A stretch of 64,000 nucleotides of DNA, taken from positions 7,938,001 through 8,002,000 of the forward strand of contig CM075990.1 in assembly GCA_038087875.1 (NCBI GenBank), in the 5' to 3' direction. Positions 49,650-61,369 of the stretch are shown piece after piece (positions within the stretch are counted from its first letter, which is position 1; each line of letters starts with the position of its first letter). Position numbers and translations under genes: made by a program. The notes under the pieces were generated by a model. The model saw only the letters and a list, made by a program, of their open reading frames with translations, did no database searches and was not told the origin of the DNA. This DNA comes from Malacoraja senta (taxonomy: Eukaryota).

Positions 49650-50085
49650 CAGCCCCTTGAGCCCAACTTGCCCAGGTCAACCAAGATGCTCCATCTACAC
49701 TAATCCCACATTTAGCCCACATCCCTCTAAACCTTTCCTATCCATGTTCCTCTCCAAATGTATTTAAAATGTATTATAGCACCTTGCTTCAACTACCTCC
49801 TCTGGCAGCTCGTTCCATATGCCCACCCCCCTCTGTGTGGAAAAAGCTGTCTATTAAATGTTCCTATTAAATATTTCCCCTCTCACCTTCAACCTCTGGC
49901 CTCTAGTTCTTGATTCCCCAACTCAGGGTGAATGCACAGAGTCTTGTACCCGATCTGTTGCACTCATGATTTTAGACACGTCTGTAAGATCAAACCTCCC
50001 CCAGCCTCTTGTGCTCCAAGGAAGAAAGTCCTCGCCTGCCCAGCCTCTCCCTGCAGCTCAGGCTCTCAAGTCCCAGCAAACATCT
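49650..50085 (-). mobile_element. CR1 LINE 3' fragment
   Basis: Reverse complement of the CR1 3' region at 38970-39400. Confidence 0.75.
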
Positions 50086-50154
50086 CGCATTTACAATGAG
50101 AGCGCTTGACTGCACCACTCACTGTTGATCCCCACTCCCTGCTGGTACCTCTAA

Positions 50155-50463
50155 AGCCCCTGTCCCACTTTCCCGAATTACTCATGAATTCTCCCGAGTT
50201 TTCCCCTTGATTCAAACTCGGAGATGCCAGCCGTAGGTACTCGGGGCTATTTTTTTTACTCGTGGACATTTTTTATCAGGTTGAAAAAACGTCCCTACTT
50301 ACCTGTTGCCCCGAGAACCTACGGCTGGCATAACGAGCCGCTATGAATATATCCACAGACTCCGACGGCCTCCTACAGCCTCGCTACGGACATTCTCCGA
50401 GTTTGAATCAAGGGGAAATCTCGGGAGAATTCGTGAGTGACTCGGGAAAGTGGGACAGGGGCT
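50155..50463. mobile_element. Harbinger-type MITE with ~70-bp inverted termini (309 bp)
   Basis: TAA|agcccctgtcccactttcccga...ttcaaactcggaga / tctccgagtttgaa...tcgggaaagtgggacaggggct|TAA. Confidence 0.9.
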
Positions 50464-50878
50464 TAAGGAGCCACAACTGTATCCAGACCTGGCTTCAATT
50501 CTGCTCACAGTCTGTACAAATGCATATAATTGTAGGGTAGATCAATCATGCATTTATACCCACAGTTTTAGAAGAAAATTAGTGTTTAATCAATTCAGTT
50601 TAAATGAGTTTTTAATCAATTCTAATTCATATTGGAAATCTTCACAGGTTCATCAGATAGGAGCAGAATGAGGCCATTCGGCCCTACTCCGCCATCCAAT
50701 CATGGCTAATCTATCCTTCTCTCTTAACCCCCATTCCCCTGCCTTCTCCCCATAACTCCCGACAAATCTTAAACTGCCTTCAAATATACTTTTGGTGCAG
50801 TTTTATTACATTCCTTGGACTTTCTCTGCTCTGTTCTGTCGTGAAGTTTTGAAGCTAGTCTTTATTTTTATTTATGTT

Positions 50879-51082
50879 TAAGAAGGAACTGCAGATGCTG
50901 GAAAATCGAAGGTAGACAAAAATGCTGGAGAAACTCAGCGGGTGCGGCAGCATCTATAGAGCGAAGGAAATAGGCAACGTTTCGGGTCGTCTGAAGAAGG
51001 GTTTCGACCCGAAACGTTGCCTACTTCCTTCACTCCATAGATGCTGCCGCACCCGCTGAGTTTCTCCAGCATTTTTGTCTAC
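50879..51082. mobile_element. Penelope-derived fold-back element with intact hammerhead motif (50989-51021)
   Basis: Near-perfect inverted arms; flanks ctttatttttatttatgtt / ctttatttttattttgtt; gtCTGAAGAaGGGT-TTCG-ACCC-GAAACGTTgcc. Confidence 0.85.
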
Positions 51083-51526
51083 CTTTATTTTTATTTTGTT
51101 GGTTGCATCAAGAGGAAGAAGATTGGACTTTTTTGCCTTCCATCACAGTGGGGAATGTGGGGAATCCGCTGTGGTGGAAGTTTATGTTAACTTTTACGTA
51201 GTTGTGTGTCTTGTTGCTTTTTTTTCCGTATGGCTGTATGGTATCGCATATCACTGTACCTTAATTGGTACACGTGACAAAAGACCTTTGAAACCTTTGA
51301 AACCTTAATCTTGAGTTTGGTTAGAACTCAGCTCTGCATCCATGCCGATGTTGGCAACTTTCCATGAGAAGAATCTGTCAAAAATGTAATTCTTCCTTAA
51401 AAGTATTTCATAATATGTTCATAAGTTATAAGGTCCCATCAAAGTCCTAGATAATTAAAGTGCGTCTTTGTTCTTCTGCATTCAATTCCCCTTGCATCAA
51501 GCAAGAGCATTTAAACTTTCTTAACC

Positions 51527-51825
51527 GGCATGGTGGCGCAGCGGTAGAGGTGCTGCTGCCTTGCAGCGGCAGAGACCCTCGTTTAACACCACTACGGGTG
51601 CTGTCTGTACGGATTTTTTACGTTCACCACGTGACCTGTGTGGGATTTCTCCGAGATCTTCGGTTTCCGCCCACACTCCAAAGACGAACAGGCTTGTAGA
51701 TTAATTGGCTTGGTATAAATATAAAATTGTCCACGGTGTGCGTAGGGTGGTGTTATTGTGCGGGGATCGCTGGTCGGTGCCGAAGGGCCTGTTTCTGTGC
51801 TGTATCTCTAAACTAAACTAAACTG
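51527..51825 (+). mobile_element. V-SINE/HE1-like SINE
   Basis: A-box tggcgcagcgg, V-domain, CR1-like tail, (taaac)n end. Confidence 0.8.
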
Positions 51826-52621
51826 GACTAATTACTTGCTTTATCTGCATACTGGCCTTTTGTAACTTAGGAATGAGAGCACCTAGATCCCTCAGCATCG
51901 CAGAATGCTGCAATCCCTCACCATGTAGATAACATTCTGCTTTAGTTTTCATGCCAAAATAGACAATAACAACTTTTCCTACATTATTACTCATTTTCCC
52001 TCTCACTTATCCTATCTATATCCCTTCGTGGTCTCCTTTTATCCTCTTCACAATCTACACGTTGCCCTAGTCTTTGTGTCATCAGCAAATTTAGCAACTA
52101 TTTCTTGGTGCTTTCATTTACATAAGGTGTAAAACATTGACGCCTCAACATCAACTCCTGTGGCACACCACTCATTACATCTTGCCAGCCAGAAAAATAC
52201 ACCTTTATGCCCACTCTCTGTTTTCTGTTCGTCTAACTCTTCTGCCACAGCAATATGTTACCTCCCACACTGTGAGCTGCTTATATTTTTTTGCAATAAC
52301 CTTTTATCAAATGTCTTCTGGAAAATTAAATGTGAAACATTCTCTGTTTCTCATGTTAGTTCTTCACAGAACTCCAATAAATTGGTCAAATGTGATTTCC
52401 CTGACAGAAACTGTGTTGATTTGGGCTGATTAGTCCAAAAGTTCCAGCAGCAGAATTAGGCCATTCAGCCCATCATGTCTACTCTGCCATTCAATCATGG
52501 CTGATCTATGTTGCCCTCTCAACCCTATTCTCCTGCCTTCTCCCCATAACCCCTGACACCCGTACTAATCAAGAATGGATACGAGTATGGATTTTTCATA
52601 CTCTCCTACTTAATGTCGTTA

Positions 52622-52826
52622 TGTAGCGGCACCGCCTAGCGCACGCAGATATCGAACCCGCTGTTCAGAAACCGCGGTCACGTGATCCGGGAGGGGCCGT
52701 TGTTTTCGCGCGGTTTTCCCTTGGCGCGAGTTAGTTCAGTGCTGACCACCGATGTGGTCAGACGTGTTTGACAAACCTGTGTACTGCAACTTACTTTCGA
52801 ATAAAGTCGCTTCTCAAACCGCTAAA
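52622..52826 (+). mobile_element. Solo LTR (Gypsy-like), 205 bp, CpG-rich
   Basis: TGTAGCGG ... CCGCTAAA (7/8 inverted terminal match), exact 4-bp TSD GTTA (52618-52621 / 52827-52830), AATAAA at 52800. Confidence 0.7.
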
Positions 52827-53883
52827 GTTAATAATATTTCCGAACATTTTTTCGATGATAAATGTTAAGCTAACTTTGCTGAAGTTTCCTGCTTCCTGTC
52901 GCCTTCCTCTCTCTATTCCCATGCCTGTACTCAGACACAATTCCATGCACCTCAGACCACCATTGTTGGCCAAATACAGGGTGTCGATGAGTCAGACTAC
53001 AGGAAGGAGATTGCATCCCTGATACAAGAAAAAAGCAGGTTTATAGATTAATTGGCCTTGGTAACATTTAAAAATTGTCCCCAGTGTGTGTAGGATAGTG
53101 TTAGTGTGCTGGGATCGCTAGTCAGTGCAGACCAAAGGGCCTGTTTCCACACTGTATCTCTAAAGTCTAACGTGTTTCTTCAACTCCTGGGTAGTCTTGA
53201 AGTCACATGGCACAGAAACGGGCCCTTCAGCCCACCATATCTAGGCTGACCATCAAGTACCCACCGACACTAATCCCATTTACTCGCATCTAGTCCGCAG
53301 TTTTCTGTGTCTTAGCAATATAGATACATCTTAAGGGTTGTGAGAGGACCTCTTCCATAACCCTCTTGGGCACTGTGGCCCAGAGTACCGGCACCCTCTG
53401 GGTAAGAACATTTTTTTATCAGATCCCCTTTAACTTTCTTATTCCTCACCTTAAACCTATAAACCAGTGTCACTAGCTGGGAAAGGGTTCTCATGAACTG
53501 TATTCCCTGCTGTTGCATAATTCAGAATAGCACGCGCTTGCCCAGTTTCCACAGCAGTTTGGTACCTCCACGGCAGAGATGTTGGAGTACAGAAGGAGAT
53601 GCCAGGATTTCATAATACTTCTCTCCACTCACCCCCCCCCCCCCAATTCCCCCCATCCCCCACTCAACGCGAGGTCATGGAGTCATCCTCTGGTGGTCCT
53701 TCATTACTGAGCATTAAAACACATGTTGTCCCATAGACCCGGCCTGTCCCCACCCGTCAGCAGCAGAGATGGGAAGATTCCAAAGATGAAAAGGGAGTAA
53801 AGAACTTGTTCCTAACCCCCGACCACTTTGCCCCCCCCCCCCCCCGTCTCACTCACCCACAACTGTTGTCAAGCGTGAAGCTG

Positions 53884-54203
53884 GGCAGCACAATGGCACA
53901 GCGGTAGAGTTGCTGCCTTATAGTGCCAGCCACCTGAGTTCGACCCTGACTACGGGTGCCATCTTTAATGTGTTTGTACGTCCTCCCCGTGACCGGCGTG
54001 GGCTTTCTCCGCGATCTGCAGTTTCCACCCACACTCCAGAGACGTACAGATTTGTAGGTTTATTGGCTTCTGTAAAGTTGTAGATTGTCCCTAGTGTGTG
54101 TAGGATAGTGTTAGTGTGCGGAGTTTGCTGGTTGGTGCGGATTTGGTGGGCCGAAGGGCCCGTTTCCTCACTATATTAAACTAAACTAAATTAAAGTAAA
54201 CTA
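53884..54203 (+). mobile_element. V-SINE/HE1-like SINE, full length
   Basis: tggcacagcggtagagttgctgcc...gagttcgaccc (A and B boxes), V-domain, tail and taaac repeats. Confidence 0.8.
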
Positions 54204-54697
54204 AAAAAAAAACAGGGACACAAATCCAATTTTAAAATTGCTGTCTGGAAGCAAGATAATTTCTGACAAAATTAAGCAGTTTCCTTAAAAGACCTTAGTT
54301 TATACTCAATTGAACCAGTAAATTGTAGTTTCTCATCCACATAGTGTGTCTTCTCTGACTGACGTTTGTAAGGATGAAAGATGCCTTTTATGGGGAGATT
54401 TTCCAAGATGCCATTAGGAGTTTTGATTTATCAAATTGGTCTTGAAGTGATTTTCCCCAAACTGTCTGTGGTCCATTTTATCAAATCATTGATCTAGTCA
54501 ACTATTTCATGACTTCATTGTTCTAGCAGAAGCAACAAAAAAGCCTCATTGAGTGCTTTGTACATTATAAAATTAGATCAATTAGCAACTTCATACCCAA
54601 ACTGCTCATGATTGAAATTTACTTGAGGTTGGATCACACTGGTGCCCATTTCCCCTCGGGCTCTATCATGGAGGAAATGAACCAAATGTAGAACAAA

Positions 54698-54985
54698 TGG
54701 GCGGCACAGTGGTGCAGCGGTAGAGTTGCTGCCTTACAGCCCCAGAGATTTGGGTTCGATCCTGACTACGGGTGCTGTCTGTGCAGAATTTCTACCTTCT
54801 CCCAGTGATCGTGTGAGTTTTCTTTGGGTGCACCGATTTCCTCCCACACTCCAAAGACGGTCAGGTTTATTTGTTAATTGGCTTTGGTAAAAATTGTACA
54901 TTGTCCCTTATCTGTAGGACTGTGCTGGTATACGGGGTGATCGTCGGTCGGTGGGCCGAAGGGCCTGTTTCCACATGGTATCTCT
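54698..54985 (+). mobile_element. V-SINE/HE1-like SINE, full length
   Basis: gggcggcacagtggtgcagcgg...ggttcgatcc Pol III boxes; tail gtgggccgaagggcctgtttcc. Confidence 0.8.
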
Positions 54986-55189
54986 CACGTCTAAAGGAGC
55001 TATCATAAACCTTGCCTCCGGTAAGAGTCACACACCTAACAATGTCATTAGTTGCTAAGGTCATCTTTCCACCATCATGGATATAAATTAGAACACTTGG
55101 GGCCAACCTGCGTCCATTAATAAACACACATCGTGCGACTAAGATCATCCAACAATCTTGTTTCATCTGTATCTATTTAAATGCTTTAG

Positions 55190-55537
55190 GTAGAAACATA
55201 GAAAATAGGTGCAGGAGTCGGCCATTCGGCCCTTCGAGCCAGCACTGCCATTCAATATGATCATGGCTTATCATCTAAAATCAGTACCCAATTCCTGCTT
55301 TTTCCCCATATCCCTTGATTCCGTTAGCCCAAAGAGCTCAATCTTCTTCTTGTGTATGGCGTGCACAGCCTAAAGTTGTAGATCAAGGGTAGACATCCAG
55401 GCCAGGACAGCATCAGTTACTGGGTGGGTGGCTTTGATGCCCAAGCAAATAGAGCTAAATCTAACTCTCTCTTGAAAACATCCAGTGAATTGGCCTCCAC
55501 TGCCTTCTGTGGCAGAGAATTCCACCGATTCACAACT
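55190..55537 (-). mobile_element. CR1 3' end carrying a 106-bp nested insertion (55345-55450)
   Basis: Collinear with the uninterrupted copy at ~36055-36275. Insertion flanked by agagctcaatct / agagctaaatct, with a (gaa)n-type tail on the minus strand. Confidence 0.7.
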
Positions 55538-56140
55538 GGATCACTGGGTGACAGGAGTAGACAACATGCCCCCTCAAACCTGCCACACCATACCTCTACA
55601 ATCTCTACCCCTTTTCTTTTCCCCTACATCTAGACAAATTTCATCCCCTTCCACCCTGCTTATCAAGAATCTATCTCCATGTGCCTCTGCTCCCATCACC
55701 CTTTGAATTCCGAAGACTCGCGACCTGTGAGAGAGAGGGAAAAATAAGCCATTGCATCTCTGGCTTAATTGAGAGACCCATGTTAGGCATGATAATCCCT
55801 CACGTCTTCCCCTCCGCCTGCTGCACTGATCAATGAATGAAACAATGGTCCATGTATTGAAGTGGGTCACCTTAACTGTTCATGGTGGTGGGCAGGTCAT
55901 GCCCACACGGTCCGTAAGGACTGGGCATTGCTTGAGTGAGCGGGGAATTCTCACACCTGAGGAGCCCACTGGAGTCGCCTCCTATGGTGGTCCCAGTGAT
56001 CCAATATCCTCAACCCTGCTCTTTACCTCACTGATTAAAAAATGTCCATGTATCATTCTCTAAATCTGGACACCCCTCCTCTTCCCTGCAGCATCTGTAT
56101 CTCCCACAGCACATCTAGCCTGTGGTGCATCTGTTTGGCT

Positions 56141-57018
56141 CATAGAGTCATACCACGTGGAAACAGGCCCTTCGGCCCAACTTGCCCTTGCCGACTGACA
56201 TGCCCCATCTATACTAGTCCCACCTGCCTGCTTTTGGCCCATATCCCCCTTAACCTATCCGAGCAATGTACCTGCCTCAACAACCTCCTCCGGCAGCTCG
56301 TTCTATACACCTACCACCCTATGTGTAAAAAAAACAAAAACATTCCCATTAAATCTTTTCCCCCTCACCTTAAACCTCTGTTTAAAAGGTCCTCTGATTC
56401 TTGATTCCCCTACTCTGGGCAAAATACTCTATTTACCCGATCTATTCCTCTCATGATTTTGTGTAAGATCACCCCTAATCCTCCTGCACTCCAACGAAAA
56501 AAAAGCCCTAGCCTGCTCAACCTCTCCCTATCGCTCAGCCCATCGAGCCCTGGCAACATCCTGGTAAATCTTCTCTGAGCCTTTTCAAGCTTCACATCAT
56601 CTTTCCTGTAAGATGGTGACCAAAACTGAACACAGTAATCTAAATGTACCCTCGGCCAACGTCTTATATAAGGGTGGCAAGGTGGCGCAGCGGTAGAGTT
56701 GCTGCCCTACAGCGCTTGCGGTGCTGGAGACCCAGGTTTGATCCTGACTATGGGTGCTGTCTGTACGGAGTTTGTACATTCTCCCCGTGACCTGCGTGGG
56801 TTTTCTCCGAGATCTTCGATTTCCCCCCCAGACTCCCAAGACGTACAGGTTTGCAGGTTAATTGGCTTGGTATAAGTGTAAATTGTCCCTTGTGTATGTG
56901 GGGTAGCGTTAATGTGCGGGGATCGCTGGTCGGCGTGGACTCGGTGGGCCGAAGGGCCTGTTATCTCGCTGTATCTCTAAACTAAACTAAACTGAACTGT
57001 GACGTGACCTCCCAACTT
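56141..57018 (-). mobile_element. CR1 3' fragment interrupted by a + strand V-SINE (56672-56997)
   Basis: KLEKAQRRFTRMLPGLDGLSDRERLSRLGL on the minus strand; CR1 sequence resumes after the SINE (actgtgacgtgacctcccaactt). Confidence 0.8.
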
Positions 57019-57635
57019 ACCTGGGTAACAGTGTAATGAAAGGTTGCGGCACTGTTCAGATAAGTTTGCAGCGGACAGGAGATGCACCGGTCCTGTCTCA
57101 GCTCATGACTCTGGGGTTGAAGCACCACAACACTACCCTAACAAATTTTTGCCCAACTTTCTGCGAGACTTTTGATTCACTGTTAATGCTGGGGACAGCC
57201 CACTTTCAGTGCATCAAAAGAAGTGAGTGAAAAACAGTTTTGAGACATTGATTTCAATGTATTCTTTGGATCTGTCTGTCTGTGTTATACCTCATGCTGC
57301 AGCAGAATTTGAAGTCACTTGGGTCATTTAATTTTGTTCAGTACAGCTGCGAATATGGTTAAAGTGATAATATCACAACTGCTTTTATGCAGTTTCTGGT
57401 AAACTGAAGCTTGACATGACAGTTTAATCAAATACATATTCTTAGCCTTAGGCTGATCTTTCTGTAGATCTGAAGGTGTATCTGTTAAAGTAAAGGAATG
57501 GCCGTGTGTAGCATCAGATGTCAAGTCAGTCTGTGTTTGACCAGGGAACATTACAGCGGATTAAAGGAAAACCCAGTTATGTAAAGGGCTTGAGTAAAAC
57601 ACAAAGTGCTGGAGTAACTCAGTGGGGCATAAAGT

Positions 57636-57931
57636 CACACAGCGCGGAAACAGGCCCTTCTGCCCACTGAGCCCGCACCGACCAGCGATCCCAGCACATT
57701 AACACTATCCTGCACACACTAGGGACAATTTACACTTATTCCAAGCCAATTAACCTCCAAACACTTTGGAGTGTGGGGGGAAACCAAAGATCTCGGAGAC
57801 AATCCCGGGCAGGTCATGGGGAGAACGTACAAACTCCGCACAGACAGCACCCGTAGTCGGGATTGAACCCGGGTCTCTGGCGCTGCAAGCACTGCAAGCA
57901 GCAACTCTACTGCTGCGCCACCATGCCACCC
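57636..57931 (-). mobile_element. V-SINE/HE1-like SINE, full length
   Basis: Minus strand gggtggcatggtggcgcagcagtagagttgctgc...gggttcaatcccgactacgggtgctgtc. Confidence 0.8.
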
Positions 57932-58909
57932 CTTGGCCCTTCGGCCCAACTTGCCCATACTGACCATCATGTCCCATCCACACATCTCACCTGTTTGCGT
58001 GTGGCCTATATCCCTCTGAACCTATCCTATCCATGTACCTGTCCAAATAGCTACCTATCTATATATATACCTAAACTATAAACTATAAAGGAAGGAAATG
58101 CACATACTGGTTTAAACCGAAGATAGACACAAAAGGCTGGAGTAACTCAGCGGGACAGGCAGCATCTCTGGAGAGAAGGAATGGGCCGAAACCTTTCTTC
58201 AGTCGGATAAAATAAATATTCTGGCCTTGTAAACCAGCAGCTCGTTTATATCTCAGCACGTCATCATATAGTTCTACTCTCCCTTGCAATGTAGACTACG
58301 TCTGATTAACGGGAAGGTCAAGGAAGGCACTTGCAATTAATCCAGTCCGCACCCCTGCTGTCAATGGGGGAAAAGCTTGTTGTGTTGTCAAAGTTGTTGA
58401 TTCAGTGACCCAGACATCTCCCAATAAAACCACTTAAAAACAAATGAACAGCCAAAAACTGACAAAACCTCTTGTAAAGAAACACATTCTTTAAAATACT
58501 GCTGCTCAAGTCTTGAGTGGCTGTGAAGAGTGTCTGACTGCTCAGCCTTAATGCCCAGTGTTCAGTTGTTCTGATGTGTAATGCGGTGCCTGAATGGCTA
58601 TTGGAGGCTGAATCAATAGAGTGATTTACACAGGAATTAAGATCGATTCTGCCTCCAATGTCCTTCCATGCTTCAAATGGAAATGGATCAATATTTGAAA
58701 GGGAACATTTTGGAAGGCTTGGGGGATTTTGGGGCCTGTTTGGAAAGACCCACAACAAGCATTGGAGATGTATGGTGAAATCTGTAACATATGTTTTATT
58801 CACACACAAGTTATTGGAGTCGAATTAGGCCATTCAGCCCATCGAGTCAACTGCCATTCATTCATGGCTGATCTCTCCTTGTAATCCTCATATTCTCATA
58901 TACTCATAT

Positions 58910-59155
58910 TCTCTCTCTCTCCCTCTCCCTCTCCCTCTCCCTCTCCCTCTCCCACTCACACTCACACTCTCTATCGCACTCACACGCACGCACACTCTCC
59001 TACGCACGCACACACACACACACACTCTCTTACATGCACACACACACTAACTCACACACACTCACGCTCACTCACTCACACACACACAAACTCACTCGCA
59101 TATAAATTCACACACATATTCACACACAACATACACACATGCAGTTACACACACA
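58910..59155. repeat. Compound microsatellite (CT)n-(CTCTCC)n-(CA)n
   Basis: Direct inspection. Confidence 0.9.
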
Positions 59156-59417
59156 TGGCTATATATTACCATTCCGCTGCAGTTGTGTACAGAATGAAAG
59201 GCATCTCCTTTCAGCCTCATTGGACTTTGGAAGATGTTTGATCAGCCAGCAGGTAGGTTCCCAATCTGTCACGCAGTCAGGATGGCCCCAGAACAGCCCT
59301 TTATGTGGAAACAAGCATCATGATTGTTCAACAGAGTTTGTAGATTGGACCCAGAAACTCTATTCTACATTGGCAAGGGCAGAAACACGGCTCAACCAAT
59401 GATGTTATTCGGTACAC

Positions 59418-59547
59418 ACAAAATGCTGGAGTAACTCAGCGGGACAGGCAGCATCTCTGGAGAGAAGGCTGCCTGTCCCGCTGAGCTACTCCAGCATTTT
59501 GTGTCCACCTTCGATTTAAACCAGCATCTGCAGTTCTTTCCTACACA
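59418..59547. mobile_element. Short Penelope-derived fold-back element lacking the ribozyme core
   Basis: Inverted arms centred at ~59467; TSD ttattcggtacac (59405-59417) / ttatttggtacac (59548-59560). Confidence 0.75.
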
Positions 59548-60247
59548 TTATTTGGTACACTACAGATATTGGAAAAGCATTGGGTGTGCTAATGTGAATA
59601 CAAATGAAAGTCTCTGGCCCAGTTTCCTGGTGGATGTTCTAGCCCAGGTTAGATTACTTCTGGTATTGTTTGCATCTCAAATTTCTAGCTCATTAGCAGT
59701 AGAATACAGTAGGAAAATAATGATTTTACCTACTGACTTTCCTAACTGTGACGGTCTGTTCTCATTGCTCAGCGACATCGAGGTTTAAGCTCATCAGTTA
59801 TACTGTGGTTACCCGTGAGCTGAGATACCCATCAATGGGCTCTCAGTTATACAAGTGTAGATCACGAGATCTAACCCACAATAGAAGCCAGTTGATCTCT
59901 CTGTCTGAGTAAGCTTCATGGCTTGACGAAATTTAGATAGACCGTGTGACGAAACATCCCCTTTAAGATTCACTCTGATCCTGGCCACAGACAAATGAGC
60001 TACAGATGTGTCAAATTAATGGTTATTGGATCAATTAATCTGATCCTTGTAAACCCAGAGCTCCAGCCAGAGGAGGAAGCTGCTGGGATGAATTTGAGTT
60101 TGCCTGTTGCTTCTCACAAATGACCAAGGACTGCACCCCTGTTTGGTTTAGGACTTCTGGATGCCATTGTTGAAAATCCACTCCCGATTGGGTGAGTACC
60201 TCTTGGATGAGTGCTAGTGTGCTCATTGTTGTTCCGGTGTCATGAGT

Positions 60248-61110
60248 GATTAGATAGCCCTTTATTGTCATTCAGACCGAAGTCTGAACGAAATTGCAAC
60301 AGTCATACATAAAACAACAATAAACACATATTAACATCCACCACAGTGAGTCCACCCAACATCTCCTCACTGTGATGGAGGCAAAAGTCTTAGGTCTGCA
60401 GTCTCTTCCCTCCTCTTCTCCCTCTGAGCTGAGGCGATACCCCCCGGGGCGATGTTTCCCGCGGCTCAAACACCGCGGCCCGGGGTGGTCGAAGCTGCCG
60501 CCCACCAGTCCTGCAGACGCAGACGCTGGCCCTCGGCCGAACCCCGGACTCAGGCCACCACCGCCAGAACACCGTCCCAGCTACCCTCACGTGAGTACCA
60601 TGCCGTCTTCAGCCTCGGGCTGGGCCGCCCCGACATGGGCGCCGTACCTCCCCTGGGCCGGGCAGCCCCGACATGGGCGTCGCTTCTCCCTCTGGCCAGG
60701 CCGCCCCGGCTTGGGCACCGAACCTCCCTCGGGCCGGGCTGCCCCGACTTGGGCGTCGCTTCTCCCTCTGGCCGGGCCGCCCCGACTTGGGCGCTCACGG
60801 GAGCACTGTTCCAGCCCTGAGCCGGACCACCCTCACGGGAGCGAGCTTAGGGCGAGTCCTGACGGGCTCTGCCTCCGGAGCCTCGAGGTCGCCACCTCCA
60901 TTAGGCCTCAGCGCAGACGGAGGCAGAGAAGGGGAATACGACAAAAAGTCGTATTCCCCCGCAGGGAGAGACTGCAAACCCTGTTACAACCCCCCACCCC
61001 CCCAAAACACAAACTAAAAACCAAAAGCTAGACTAACCAAAACGAAATAAACAACACAAAAAACACAAACAAACAGGACTGCCGATGAGCCGCTGCAGCC
61101 AGTGCCGATA
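60248..61110 (-). mobile_element. Non-autonomous retroelement-like repeat, family unassigned
   Basis: Minus-strand end ...aatgacaataaagggctatcta; shares ttttgcctccatcacagtg with the repeat at ~51110-51307. Confidence 0.5.
60617..60796. repeat. GC-rich 38-bp minisatellite (~4.7 units)
   Basis: Units start at 60617, 60655, 60693, 60731 and 60769; shared core gccccgac(a/t)tgggc. Confidence 0.85.
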
Positions 61111-61369
61111 CGACCGTTTACAGTGCAGTGCAGTGCAGAATGGAAATAGATCCTTTGGCCCACTGAGTCCATGCAACCCTGGGGCTTTGCTGGATCGGGC
61201 ACCGCGCATTGGAACTAGAGCGCAGACTGGACTTTGAAAATGGCGCCTAAACCTGGTGCCTCTTGTATGCAGGCTTGGTAGACTATTTCTGTTCACTTTG
61301 CTAATCGGGGTTGTGCTTAGGAAATGTAATACTGTACTGGACTGTTTGTTAGAGTAGAATTTCATTGTC

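Noticed and set aside
51527..57931. tRNA genes suggested by Pol III A/B boxes
   Set aside because: The boxes run directly into V-domain and CR1-like tails, so these are SINE heads; no complete cloverleaf.
60617..60796. CRISPR-like array
   Set aside because: Contiguous tandem units without unique spacers; vertebrate context; no cas genes.
60372..61031. 219-aa Pro-rich ORF
   Set aside because: Open only because of the GC-rich minisatellite and repeat; overlapping ORFs on both strands; no recognisable domain.
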